Positions 34,065 through 43,583 of a stretch of 56,627 nt of DNA are shown piece by piece. Numbering within the stretch: the first letter of the stretch is position 1; every line of letters begins with the position of its first letter. Position numbers and translations under genes: made by a program. The notes beneath the pieces are model-generated. The model had not been told where the DNA came from. It worked only from the letters and a program-made list of their open reading frames with translations, and did not search any database. The stretch is from Spirochaetes bacterium GWB1_27_13 (GTDB lineage Bacteria; Spirochaetota; GWE2-31-10; MWDO01), in contig MIAN01000104.1 in NCBI GenBank assembly GCA_001829125.1, forward strand, positions 1 to 56,627. The letters run 5' to 3'.

Positions 34065-35581
34065 CAAAAAATCAATACAAAAAGACAACAGAAACAATAT
34101 TAGAAAAACTTCTAAATGAAGTTTCTTGCTTTCCTAAAGACCAAAATCAAAAAGAACGAAAAGAAAAATCGAAAAAAGACCTTTTTGAATTTATAAAAAA
34201 CTATTTGCCTCACTATGCAGAGCAAGGAACGCCAGACTTTCATAGAGAAATCAATCAAATATATGAGAATATGGCGACATTAACAGCTGCTGCAATTGCA
34301 GCTCCTAGAGGATTTGCTAAGTCAACTATATTTTTTGCAAAAATACTACAATCCATTTGTTTTAAATTAGAAGACTTCGTTGTCTACGTCTCTGCAACAA
34401 GAGAATTAGCACAAGATTTTACTGAGTTTTTAAAACTTGAACTAGAACACAATGAACGAATTAAAGAAGATTTTGGAAATCTACTAACTCACTCTGGCAA
34501 AAAAAACGACTTCGTTGCAAACAATGTAAGAGTTGTTGCAAGAGCGAAGAGGCAGATGGTTCGAGGTTTCAAATACAAAAATCACAGACCCTCATTAATT
34601 GTAGTAGATGATATTGAAAAAGACGAAGAAGCACAATCTCCAAAACTTGTATTGAAATATTTAAAAATTATAACTGAAGGGGTTTTTCCATCTCTAAATC
34701 CAATTAACGGGAAATTAATAATAATTGGAACAATTATTAAAAAGCGTTCTGTTCTTGGTATAATAATTAACTCTGATGAAGAAATATTTGCAAGTTGGAC
34801 AAAAAGAAAATATCAAGCATTAAATATAGATGACAATGGCAATCAGTATTCTTTGTGGGAAGCAAGATTTCCAGTTAAAACTTTACTAAAAATCAAAGCA
34901 ACTATTGGAACTGCTGCATTTGAAAAAGAATATCAAAACAACCCAAAAGACGAAGATGACGAATCTGTATTTCATGAGAGTTGGATACAATACTATGAAA
35001 ATGTAGACTTAAAAAAACTTGTAAGAGTGATGTTTATTGATCCTTCAGCGAAAGAAAAAACATCTGCAAGAAATAGAAAACCAGACTACAAAGCAATCAT
35101 CGTTCTTGGACTTGATAGAAAAGAAATGAAATACTATGTACTATATGCTTGGATACAAAGAACTTCTATAATCAATATGATTGCTGCTATTTTTAGACTT
35201 TTCCTACAATTTAGATGTAGCATCGTTGGTGTAGAAAGCAATGGCTTTCAATCTTTATTAGAACCGTTAATAAGGGCAGAAGAAAAACAAAAAAAAATAA
35301 ATCTTCCTCTAAAATTGCAAGAAAATTATAAAAACAAAGAAATAAGAATAAAGTCACTTGCACCAACGTTTGAAAGATTATTAGTCTTTTTTAAAAAATA
35401 TCCAGACGATGACACAAAACTATTAATAAATCAATTTATTTATTACCCCGGGATAGAAGATGACGGACCTGATGCATTTAAAGCTGCAAAAGAGATAATT
35501 GATAAATTAACAATAAAAAATTCTTTTTTAGGAATAAACACAAAACAAATACCTTCGAGTGAAGATTGGAAAAATTTATGA
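34040..35581 (+). CDS. terminase large subunit
   Basis: 513 aa. ATPase motifs AAPRGFAKST and LIVVDDIEKDEE. C-terminal nuclease-type region (FIDPS...). Confidence 0.85.
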   Translation: MDGTMAKVTKNQYKKTTETILEKLLNEVSCFPKDQNQKERKEKSKKDLFEFIKNYLPHYAEQGTPDFHREINQIYENMATLTAAAIAAPRGFAKSTIFFAKILQSICFKLEDFVVYVSATRELAQDFTEFLKLELEHNERIKEDFGNLLTHSGKKNDFVANNVRVVARAKRQMVRGFKYKNHRPSLIVVDDIEKDEEAQSPKLVLKYLKIITEGVFPSLNPINGKLIIIGTIIKKRSVLGIIINSDEEIFASWTKRKYQALNIDDNGNQYSLWEARFPVKTLLKIKATIGTAAFEKEYQNNPKDEDDESVFHESWIQYYENVDLKKLVRVMFIDPSAKEKTSARNRKPDYKAIIVLGLDRKEMKYYVLYAWIQRTSIINMIAAIFRLFLQFRCSIVGVESNGFQSLLEPLIRAEEKQKKINLPLKLQENYKNKEIRIKSLAPTFERLLVFFKKYPDDDTKLLINQFIYYPGIEDDGPDAFKAAKEIIDKLTIKNSFLGINTKQIPSSEDWKNL

Positions 35582-38500
35582 GTACAAATAAAACAAGTTT
35601 CAAATCATTATATAATAATCAAACAGCATTCAATGTATATAATACTTTGTACGAATTGTCGAACCCAGATCAAATCCTTAGAGAAAAAGGAGAAAGCATA
35701 ACTTTATATGAGAAACTAAGTTACGACTCTCATGTTGAAAGTTGTCAGGAAAGTAGGCACGTAGGATTATTATCAAATGAATTTGATTTTTTCTTGCAAG
35801 ATGGTGCAGACGCTCAAGAGAAAAAAGCACTTGATTTTATTAAAGATTTATTTACAAACAAAATAAATACAGAAGACTTAATCTCAAATATTCAAGATAC
35901 GATTTATTGGGGCTATGGTGTTACAGAAAATTTAAAAGTCCGTGATGGGCTAAACATCATTTATGACAAAATAGAATATCTTCCACACGAATGGTTCGGA
36001 TTTAACGAAGACAGAGAATTAGTATTTTTTTCAAAAACAAATGCAACAGAAGGCGAAATAGTAGATAGAGCAAATACAACTATAATTCAATATAGACCCT
36101 CTTACAAAAACCCTTATGGACGAGGAAAATATTCAAGAATATTCTTTCCAGTAATGATAAAAAAAGCTATGGTGAAATATGGGGCGAGTTATGCAGAAAA
36201 TTTGGGTAGAGTATTTCTATATTTAGTAACTCAAGTAGCAGAAAACCAAGAAAAAAAATACGAACTTACAAAAATGCTACAAGAAATAATTCGCTCTGGT
36301 GCTGGTGTTTTGGAAACTGGAGACAAACTAGAACATTTAAATATCGACAAAGCAGGTTCTGGAAACTTTTTTCTTGATTGGGTGAATTGGGGAAATCAAG
36401 AAGTGTCAAAGTGTGTATTACTACAAACACTTTCAACCGAGCAAGGTGCTGTCGGTAGCCAAGCTTTAGGAAATGTTCACTATCAAGTAAGAGCAGAAGC
36501 TATCGAAGCAGATAAGAAATACACAAAAAGATTTATATCTCAATATATAAAACAAATAGTTGACTTAAACTACCCTAACATTAAAATATATCCAGAATTA
36601 AGATATTTTGAAGAAGAGGACTTAAATGTTCAAAGAGTAGATAGAGATGAAAAATTGACAAAACAAGGATTAGTTTTCAAGAAAGAATATTATGAAGAAA
36701 ATTATAATTTAAATCCAAATCATTTTGATTTGGGTAATGATAATAATATAGAAGAAAATCCAGAGGAAAATCCTACCCCAAAAGAAAAATTCAAATTTCA
36801 AGAAGTTTCGGAAGATATAGAAAAAGTAATAAAAATAATAAACTCTTTATCAGTGCAAGAAAAAGAGTTTTTGGGTAGTAGAGACTTCTATAATCAAGCA
36901 GATTTTAGAATATTTGAAAAAGAAAAAGGTTTTTGTGAAGCAAGACTGATAGGAGACAAAGTATATATACAAGTTGCAGTCAGACCACAAAACAGAAAAG
37001 AAGGCATAGCAACAAATCTTGTCTCTGAAATGATAGACAAAATCAAAGTTAATTGCCCTTCTGCTGAAAGAATAATAGCAACAATTGACGATGAAAATTT
37101 TGAATCAAAAACATTCTTCAAAAAATTAGGGTTTGGATTAGGCTATTCATCTCAAGCACAAAACAAATTTTGGCTTGACCTTAAAAAAAAAAGTCCAGCA
37201 GAAAAACTAATTAGCCTACTCTTTTCTGAAGAGAATATTAATCTTTTTTATCAAGAAGATAATCAGATTGAAAAGTTCATTGAAAAGACAGAAAACAATT
37301 TTTCTAACTATTTTAAACAATTTTTAAATGATGTTTCAAAAGCGATTAAAGACTCAAAAGACTATGATGAAGCAAAAGAAAAAATATCAAAATGTGTAGG
37401 AAAAAATAAAGATGTAAAAAAAATTGCTTATGCTTTTTTAACTGCTGATATAATTGGTCGTGGATATGCAAGACTTCAACGAGATGAAGATGTAATTCTT
37501 TTTGCAGAAACAAGTAATGTATCAGATATAGAAAATATCATTTTTGATTATACAGATGTCAACTTTCTGAAAATGAAAGTAGCAATGACAAAAAAAGAGT
37601 TTGATGTACTCGAAAATAAATACAAAAAATATGCTTTCACGATAAAAGGCTACGAAGAAAAGTCTCAAATAGAAAGCATTCAAAATATGCTAATAGAATG
37701 TAAAGAAAAAGGGCTAGGCTTTAAAGAGTTTCAAAAAAGTTGCCAAGAAAAAGAACTAAAAGTAAATAGTTTGGTGTATTGGCAAAATATCAAATCAGCA
37801 CAAGCTGCAGGTAGATACAATCAAATGATGCAAGATGTAGACATAGCACCGTATTGGCAATACTCTGCGATTCTTGACAATCAGACAAGACCAGAACATG
37901 CTGCTTTGAACGGATTCATTCGTAGATATGATGATACTTTTTGGAAAGATTGGTATCCGCCAAACGGATATAGATGTAGATGTTATGTAAGAAGCCTTTC
38001 TGCTTCTTATGTGAGAAAAAAATTGGGCTTATCACCAGAAGAAATTGATAAACGGAATGGAATGCCTGAAAAAGGAGAACTTCTATCATTAATAGAGAAA
38101 GGTCAAGAAGATAGAAGAAAAACATTTGAAACAAGTAAAAATAATATAGTTTCACTAGAAAATGAAAAGACTCAACAACTTCTACGAAGCACAGAAAAAA
38201 TTGATAACATAATAAACTTGTGTGACAAAAAAGAAGATTTGACCATAGAAGAAAGAAATTCTATTTCAAATATATTACGCACAATTAATAATAAAATTGA
38301 TGATATCGTTGCAGATAAAATAGACATAAAAAAAACGAAATCTTTTTACACACAGTTGAGAAAAAAGTCATTGAATGAAGAACAAAAAAACGAATTAAAA
38401 TATATAGTTAAGAATGTTGAGAAAGAAATTAGAATGTATGATATTCAAGACATTGTTGATAAAATAGAACAAAACAAAAGCAGAATTAAGTTTTTTAATT

Positions 38501-38640
38501 CATTTGAAGAGTTGAAAAAGAATATAACAGAGACTAAAGAAAATATAGTCAAAATGTCCCCTGAGAATGGTTTTTTGGGGAATGTCGGTGAGGATTTGGA
38601 TTTTTGGATGAAAAACAAAAATCTTGTTAAAAAAGAGTAA
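35578..38640 (+). CDS. portal protein (Mu gp29-like) fused to a GNAT acetyltransferase-like segment and a MuF/SPP1 gp7 head-morphogenesis domain
   Basis: One uninterrupted frame. ATGA overlap with the terminase stop. GNAT-like VAVRPQNRKEGIATNLV...ENFESKTFFKKLGF. MuF signature LDNQTRPEHAALNGF...FWKDWYPPNGYRCRCYV. Confidence 0.75.
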   Translation: MSTNKTSFKSLYNNQTAFNVYNTLYELSNPDQILREKGESITLYEKLSYDSHVESCQESRHVGLLSNEFDFFLQDGADAQEKKALDFIKDLFTNKINTEDLISNIQDTIYWGYGVTENLKVRDGLNIIYDKIEYLPHEWFGFNEDRELVFFSKTNATEGEIVDRANTTIIQYRPSYKNPYGRGKYSRIFFPVMIKKAMVKYGASYAENLGRVFLYLVTQVAENQEKKYELTKMLQEIIRSGAGVLETGDKLEHLNIDKAGSGNFFLDWVNWGNQEVSKCVLLQTLSTEQGAVGSQALGNVHYQVRAEAIEADKKYTKRFISQYIKQIVDLNYPNIKIYPELRYFEEEDLNVQRVDRDEKLTKQGLVFKKEYYEENYNLNPNHFDLGNDNNIEENPEENPTPKEKFKFQEVSEDIEKVIKIINSLSVQEKEFLGSRDFYNQADFRIFEKEKGFCEARLIGDKVYIQVAVRPQNRKEGIATNLVSEMIDKIKVNCPSAERIIATIDDENFESKTFFKKLGFGLGYSSQAQNKFWLDLKKKSPAEKLISLLFSEENINLFYQEDNQIEKFIEKTENNFSNYFKQFLNDVSKAIKDSKDYDEAKEKISKCVGKNKDVKKIAYAFLTADIIGRGYARLQRDEDVILFAETSNVSDIENIIFDYTDVNFLKMKVAMTKKEFDVLENKYKKYAFTIKGYEEKSQIESIQNMLIECKEKGLGFKEFQKSCQEKELKVNSLVYWQNIKSAQAAGRYNQMMQDVDIAPYWQYSAILDNQTRPEHAALNGFIRRYDDTFWKDWYPPNGYRCRCYVRSLSASYVRKKLGLSPEEIDKRNGMPEKGELLSLIEKGQEDRRKTFETSKNNIVSLENEKTQQLLRSTEKIDNIINLCDKKEDLTIEERNSISNILRTINNKIDDIVADKIDIKKTKSFYTQLRKKSLNEEQKNELKYIVKNVEKEIRMYDIQDIVDKIEQNKSRIKFFNSFEELKKNITETKENIVKMSPENGFLGNVGEDLDFWMKNKNLVKKE
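36880..37200 (+). other. GNAT-like acetyltransferase segment within the portal-MuF polyprotein
   Basis: Motif-A-like RPQNRKEGIATNLVSEMI and the downstream N..S..FFKKLGF. Confidence 0.5.
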
Positions 38641-38742
38641 AAAAGCCAAATCAATAGAAAATAGCAATATTAATTTTAAACGGGATTTAAACGGTAAAAT
38701 TTTCATTTAAAACAAAATTACAAAGAGATTGGAAGGTCAAAA

Positions 38743-39510
38743 ATGAAACTAACAACTATATCTAGTATAGCAGTAGCACTCATCACCTCCGTTTTTGGAA
38801 TGATAACACTTCTTATTGAGAAAAATAATGTTGTGTTAGCGACAATTCTTTTTTCTATAAGTATCCTTTCTTTAATTGTTATATCGGCAATATTTTTTTT
38901 AAAAAAAAGTAAAAATCAAAAAGAAGTTGAAAATTCTTTAATGCAAAAAGGAGATATTAACGAACTTTTAATACTTCAAACAAAAATTGATTTTCATACA
39001 ATAAAAACAAAAGAAGAACTAATGAGACTCATATCTGATCTATTGAAACAAAATAATAACAGGGTTGGTGACATTTATGCAGATGCTTTACAAGAATATT
39101 CAATAGAAGAAAAAATAAAATTGGAAACTTATATAAAAAAAACAGATTCGTATATTTACTTCATCGAAATAATAGAAGACATCTCAACTGAAACAAAAAA
39201 CGATTTAGAAATTGTTGTTGATAGAAATGGTATTGAAAAAAAATCAGTTGATGAGTTTGATAAATACAGAGAAAGAAAAGCATCACAATATGTCTACAAT
39301 GCTTTAGAAGTCTTAAACAAGAAATATTCAGACTCAATCTGTATTATACCTCAAAAAACTTTATTTCAAAAATTCGGAGACAAACTTTTTAATGAATACA
39401 AAAAGAATTTTAAAAATATAATAGATGAGATTAGAAACATTTTTACAAATAGACATAAGGAATTGAACGAACTACAAGAAAAATTAGAAAAAAAGAAAAA
39501 AGAATTTTAA
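38743..39510 (+). CDS. hypothetical membrane-anchored protein (2 N-terminal TM helices plus a coiled-coil cytoplasmic part)
   Basis: GGAAGG RBS. 255 aa. Sits between the MuF and protease genes, where Mu has no gene. Confidence 0.55.
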   Translation: MKLTTISSIAVALITSVFGMITLLIEKNNVVLATILFSISILSLIVISAIFFLKKSKNQKEVENSLMQKGDINELLILQTKIDFHTIKTKEELMRLISDLLKQNNNRVGDIYADALQEYSIEEKIKLETYIKKTDSYIYFIEIIEDISTETKNDLEIVVDRNGIEKKSVDEFDKYRERKASQYVYNALEVLNKKYSDSICIIPQKTLFQKFGDKLFNEYKKNFKNIIDEIRNIFTNRHKELNELQEKLEKKKKEF

Positions 39511-39792
39511 TTATTTCTTCTTTCTACAGGAAGTAATAATTGTTTTTAAGTTTAGAATAGTATCTTCTGCTGGGAATAAAATCATATTTTTAAACTTTTG
39601 TAGATAAAAATCTTTTTTATTTGAGTCTATCTGTGCATTGTCAAAAGTATCTTTTACAAACTTGAAATTTTTTAATCTTTCAATAATAGTATTCTTTCCC
39701 ATACCTCGAGGAGAATGCATATACCACAAAAGATTTTCATATTCGATAGGAGATAAGCCACAGTCACGGATGAGGTCGTTTATTTCGTACAT
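39511..39792 (-). CDS. hypothetical protein on the opposite strand (moron-like)
   Basis: 93-aa ORF, the only convincing minus-strand gene inside the morphogenesis module. Its stop abuts the stop of 38743-39510. Confidence 0.5.
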   Translation of the reverse strand: MYEINDLIRDCGLSPIEYENLLWYMHSPRGMGKNTIIERLKNFKFVKDTFDNAQIDSNKKDFYLQKFKNMILFPAEDTILNLKTIITSCRKKK

Positions 39793-39830
39793 AAAAACAC
39801 CTAAAAAAAATAATTAATATTTGTATATAA

Positions 39831-39848
39831 TTTCGCATATTTTGACAC
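39831..39848 (+). promoter_or_regulatory. 18-nt motif TTTCGCATATTTTGACAC, copy 2, upstream of the protease/head operon
   Basis: Identical to 33148-33165. A TATAAT hexamer lies at 39823-39828. Confidence 0.35.
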
Positions 39849-39903
39849 CTATGTCAAGAAACTTTTTGATATTTTTAGACTATATAAAAAACAAGAGGAT
39901 TTT

Positions 39904-41064
39904 ATGAGTAAAATTTTTGATAAAATACACGTCTTTAGAATAAGAAACGGTGGCAACTACAAGCAAGGGAAAGTTGACGAAGCCTTCTTACAAGCAGTTG
40001 CAAAAAATTATGATACAAAATATTTTTCAGCACCAATAACTTTAGATCATGAAGAAAAAGGACCGTCTTTTGGAAAAGTTAAAGAAGTTTATGCAGAAAA
40101 AGAAAATCTATATGTAAAATTTGATTGGATAAAAAAATCACTTGTTGAAAAAATCCAAAGTGGTGAGTATCAGTATATATCTCCAGAATTCTATAAAGAC
40201 CTTGACGGAAAAGGACCTTATCTGAGAGCAATATCTTTTGTTCGATTTCCAGAAAATAAAGGATTAGAACAAATAGAAATATCAAAAGATTTAAAAGAAG
40301 AAACGAATTCGGGTATTCTTCGTTTTTCAGAAGAGTCTAACACTTTTAAAGATGGCGATTTTATCATTTTCAAAGAAGAAAAAGAAGATGATTTAATTTC
40401 AAAAATAAAGACAAGCGTAGAAGAAGTCTTTAATAAAATCTTCCCTAAAAACACATCTAATCAGATTAATTTTACAGAACAAACACATCTCGACAAAAAA
40501 GTCACAAATCAGCTACAAGACAATCACTTTGTACATACTAATCAAACTAATCAAAAGGAGAAAAAAGAAGGAATGACAGAAGACGAAAAAAAAGCCCAAG
40601 AAAAAAGAGACAAAGAATTTCAAGATTTGTTGAGATTTAAAGAAGATGCTTTGAAAAGAGAAAAAACAAACAAAGCAAAAGAAGTTACAGAAAAGTTAAA
40701 AAAACTTTCTGATGCTGGGAAAGTGCCAAACGCAGAAATCACAAAATTTAGTGATTATATAATGTCTATGAATAATGACAATGTTATCAAGTTTTCTGAT
40801 TCAACAGAAGAAAAACCAACAGACTTTATATTTAAGTTTTTTGAAGGAATTCCAGAAGGAACTTTCAACTCTGTAACAAAAGAAGCAAAATACACAGAAA
40901 AAAATGCAAAAACAAAAAAGCCAAATGTTTTGAAATTTTCAGAAAATGGAGAAGTATCTTTAGATGAAGAAGCTGCTATACAAGAAATAATGAAATATGC
41001 AGAAGAAAACAAGATTGAGTTTGAAGAAGCATACACAGAGTATATAAAAAAATTGGAGGTATAA
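39904..41064 (+). CDS. Mu gpI-like prohead protease with a C-terminal scaffold region
   Basis: PITLDHEEKGPSFGKV...LYVKFDWI...GEYQYISPEF...LRAISFVRFP matches the Mu-like prophage protein I pattern. K/E-rich C-terminal half. Confidence 0.8.
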   Translation: MSKIFDKIHVFRIRNGGNYKQGKVDEAFLQAVAKNYDTKYFSAPITLDHEEKGPSFGKVKEVYAEKENLYVKFDWIKKSLVEKIQSGEYQYISPEFYKDLDGKGPYLRAISFVRFPENKGLEQIEISKDLKEETNSGILRFSEESNTFKDGDFIIFKEEKEDDLISKIKTSVEEVFNKIFPKNTSNQINFTEQTHLDKKVTNQLQDNHFVHTNQTNQKEKKEGMTEDEKKAQEKRDKEFQDLLRFKEDALKREKTNKAKEVTEKLKKLSDAGKVPNAEITKFSDYIMSMNNDNVIKFSDSTEEKPTDFIFKFFEGIPEGTFNSVTKEAKYTEKNAKTKKPNVLKFSENGEVSLDEEAAIQEIMKYAEENKIEFEEAYTEYIKKLEV

Positions 41065-41387
41065 TGTTTTATAAAGTTGCATCAGAGACAGTAATTGCAC
41101 AACAAGATATATCAGAAAGTATTTTTTTTACAGTTGATGGAAAAATAGCGACAAATGATACGCAAGTTTTTGGCGTGTCAGAGTACGGAGGAACAAAAGA
41201 TTTTGCAACAGATGCGATTTACATGGGAATAGTGGAAGTTTTAGTTGAAGACGGAGAAGAAATTTTGGTTGGAGATAGAATATCCACATCATTAAATGGA
41301 AAAGCAAAAAAGAATAACGCCGATGGAAAATTTCTTGCTCGTACAGGTGGTCAAGCACCTTGCAAAATAGAAGTAGTATTAAGATAG
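41064..41387 (+). CDS. DUF2190-like head protein
   Basis: 107 aa, located between the protease and capsid genes. GD-rich beta pattern typical of the family. Confidence 0.5.
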   Translation: MFYKVASETVIAQQDISESIFFTVDGKIATNDTQVFGVSEYGGTKDFATDAIYMGIVEVLVEDGEEILVGDRISTSLNGKAKKNNADGKFLARTGGQAPCKIEVVLR

Positions 41388-41396
41388 GAGAAAAAA

Positions 41397-42338
41397 ATGC
41401 CAATTAATCCATTTATAAAAAATTTAAATGCAGGGATTGTTCCTTTACTAACAAAACTTGCATACGCGAATAAGCTTAGAGATTACGTAGGCTTTAAACT
41501 ATTTCCAATAATAACACATCCAGTTTCAATGGGACAAATAGCAAAATTTAGAGAAATGCTTGAATATTCTGACTCAAGAAGAGCACCTGGGTCAAATACA
41601 AAAAGAGTATCATTAGATAAAGCAGATTTTAAGAATTTCTTCATAGAAGAGTTTGCGCGTGAAATGGGAATTGATGACTCTATTATAGAAGAAGCTTTAG
41701 AACCAATTAAAACATTAAAATTAGAAGAGCAAGCATTACTATCGACTTTAAGAAATTTACTTGCTATCGAGATGGAAGTAAAACAAGCCAACCTTGCCAC
41801 AAATCCAAACAATTTTCCAAACAAAACTGAACTTATTGGTACATCAAAATTTGATAGCCCAGATTCAGACCCACAAAAAATCATTGATGAAGCAAAAGAA
41901 TGTATAGCAGATGAAACAGGTGTTGATCCTTTAACCGATATTACAATGGTTGTTTCTGGAAAAGCTTACAGAGCATTAAAAGATCATCCAAAACTCAAAG
42001 AAGCATTAAGTTCGCAAAGAACAAAAGTTTTATCAAAAAAAGACTTAATAGAAATATTAGAAGTAAAAGATATTGTTGTTGGTAGAGCGGTGAAACGTGT
42101 TAGTGGAGAAAGAACTGTGATTTGGGGTAAAAATATAACTTTGGCGTATGTTCCAGACAAAATTGAATCACTAAAAGAACCTTCGTTTGGTGTTACTGTT
42201 AGAAAACAAAGTTTCCCTAAAGTAGAAAGATACAGAGATGAACCTTCAATATCGTGGATGTACAGATATAGAGACGCGTTAGAGTCATTAGTTATTGATG
42301 GAAAATCTGGTTATCTTATTGAAAATGCAGTTTCATAA
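41397..42338 (+). CDS. major capsid protein
   Basis: 313 aa with a GGAG RBS. Position after the protease/scaffold and DUF2190-like genes. Confidence 0.7.
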   Translation: MPINPFIKNLNAGIVPLLTKLAYANKLRDYVGFKLFPIITHPVSMGQIAKFREMLEYSDSRRAPGSNTKRVSLDKADFKNFFIEEFAREMGIDDSIIEEALEPIKTLKLEEQALLSTLRNLLAIEMEVKQANLATNPNNFPNKTELIGTSKFDSPDSDPQKIIDEAKECIADETGVDPLTDITMVVSGKAYRALKDHPKLKEALSSQRTKVLSKKDLIEILEVKDIVVGRAVKRVSGERTVIWGKNITLAYVPDKIESLKEPSFGVTVRKQSFPKVERYRDEPSISWMYRYRDALESLVIDGKSGYLIENAVS

Positions 42339-42353
42339 TTTAAGGAGAGTAGT

Positions 42354-42536
42354 ATGGCTGAAGAAAAGAAGAAAGAAAAAATTATCTATATTGTAAAAGA
42401 ATCAATCACAGTAAACAATATTAAACACAAAAAAGGTAAAACAATCACAGACGAGGTCTTATCTGAAAAAGAAATTGAATACTTATTAAAGAATAAAAAA
42501 ATTGTTTTAAAAGAAACGAGCAAGCAAGGACAATAA
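42354..42536 (+). CDS. hypothetical small protein
   Basis: AAGGAG RBS. 60 aa. Confidence 0.45.
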   Translation: MAEEKKKEKIIYIVKESITVNNIKHKKGKTITDEVLSEKEIEYLLKNKKIVLKETSKQGQ

Positions 42537-42537
42537 C

Positions 42538-42825
42538 ATGAGTGACACAAGTCTTACAAAAGAAGAAATACACGAACTCGAAGAGTATGTTAATACAACG
42601 AAAAAGAAACCAATCTCTCAAAAATTAGATTTTTTCTTCAATAAAATGATACCTAAAAAATTAATGGTCTGGATTATTGCGACTGTTTTAATTTTTCTTG
42701 GAAGACTCGATGGTTCTTGGTGGGGAATCATTACTTGCGTTTATTTAGGAACAAATGCAATAACAAAATTTTCACCTTTAATTAATAATTTTTTAGGGAA
42801 AAACGGAGGTAGTGAAATTCAATGA
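42538..42825 (+). CDS. holin-like small membrane protein
   Basis: 95 aa with two TM helices (LMVWIIATVLIFLG, WWGIITCVYLGTNAI). Confidence 0.45.
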   Translation: MSDTSLTKEEIHELEEYVNTTKKKPISQKLDFFFNKMIPKKLMVWIIATVLIFLGRLDGSWWGIITCVYLGTNAITKFSPLINNFLGKNGGSEIQ

Positions 42826-42915
42826 ATATATTTAAAGGACTTTTTGATAAAAAACAACAACAAATTGATAAAACAAATGAAGTATTAAAGAACACAGAAA
42901 AGGAGGAGAAAGCAA

Positions 42916-43422
42916 ATGAAAAAACTGCTACTGATATTGACGCTAAGTTTAATAGTCTTTAATTTTGGTCTTACCTGTCAAGAAAAACAAGAGAATCAAA
43001 CTCAAAAAAAACCGTGGTGGCAAAAGACTACCACAAAAAAAACATGGTGGCAAATGAATGAGTTTGAGAAGTTCTGCAAATATCAAGAAGCAAAAAGCAT
43101 TGCCAAAGGATATAGAACTCTCTATCAAACAGCAAGAAAAATATCGCTTAAAAGAGCAGAGCAATTAAAAAGCAATGTTACTTTTTTAGAAACTCAAAAA
43201 GAATGGCGACCACGTTGGGGATTTGGTGTTGGTGCTAATTTTTTAATAGATAGTAAATTATATTTAGATGCAAATGCCTCTCTCAAATTCTATTATTTTC
43301 CTATAAAAAACATATTTTTATCACCTGAAATCAATTTAAAATTTTATCCTGATTGGGGTGCTGGTGCTGGTTTTACAGTAGGATTTATATTTGGTGGAGA
43401 GAAAAAAACAGGAGTTTTTTAA
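42916..43422 (+). CDS. outer-membrane-type lipoprotein (spanin or exclusion candidate)
   Basis: GGAGGAG RBS. Signal peptide with lipobox GLTC. Gly/aromatic-rich beta-strand-like C-terminus. Confidence 0.5.
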   Translation: MKKLLLILTLSLIVFNFGLTCQEKQENQTQKKPWWQKTTTKKTWWQMNEFEKFCKYQEAKSIAKGYRTLYQTARKISLKRAEQLKSNVTFLETQKEWRPRWGFGVGANFLIDSKLYLDANASLKFYYFPIKNIFLSPEINLKFYPDWGAGAGFTVGFIFGGEKKTGVF

Positions 43423-43583
43423 TGAATAATTTATGGCACAGATTGAGTAAAATATTAATTGGTGTTAGCTCAATCATCAAAAAAAATAGTAACTCAAACA
43501 CAACTGAGTTAGCAAAACAAAAAATCGATGAAGCTCAAGAACTACTTGAAAAACAGTATATTGAGGAGGAGTATGACAAATGA
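43422..43583 (+). CDS. small protein coupled to the lipoprotein gene
   Basis: TAATG overlap. MNNLWHRLSKILIGVSSII... followed by a coiled coil. Confidence 0.4.
   Translation: MNNLWHRLSKILIGVSSIIKKNSNSNTTELAKQKIDEAQELLEKQYIEEEYDK

Noticed and set aside
34773-34779. Other CUGAUGA heptamers (also at 655-661 and 4573-4579), checked as possible extra hammerheads.
   Set aside because: All are inside coding regions and lack the flanking stem I / stem III hairpins, the GAAA element and the GUC site.
38668-38690. TTTAAACGGGATTTAAACGG resembling the reverse complement of 19509-19526, considered as a link between the 19.5-kb region and the phage.
   Set aside because: The match is short and built largely from the very common TTTAAA. 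It is not significant on its own.
42822-42965. 47-aa ORF (ATGA-coupled) filling the gap before the lipoprotein gene.
   Set aside because: It would overlap the next gene by 50 nt. That gene has a very strong RBS of its own, and there is no supporting motif. It is possible but unsupported.
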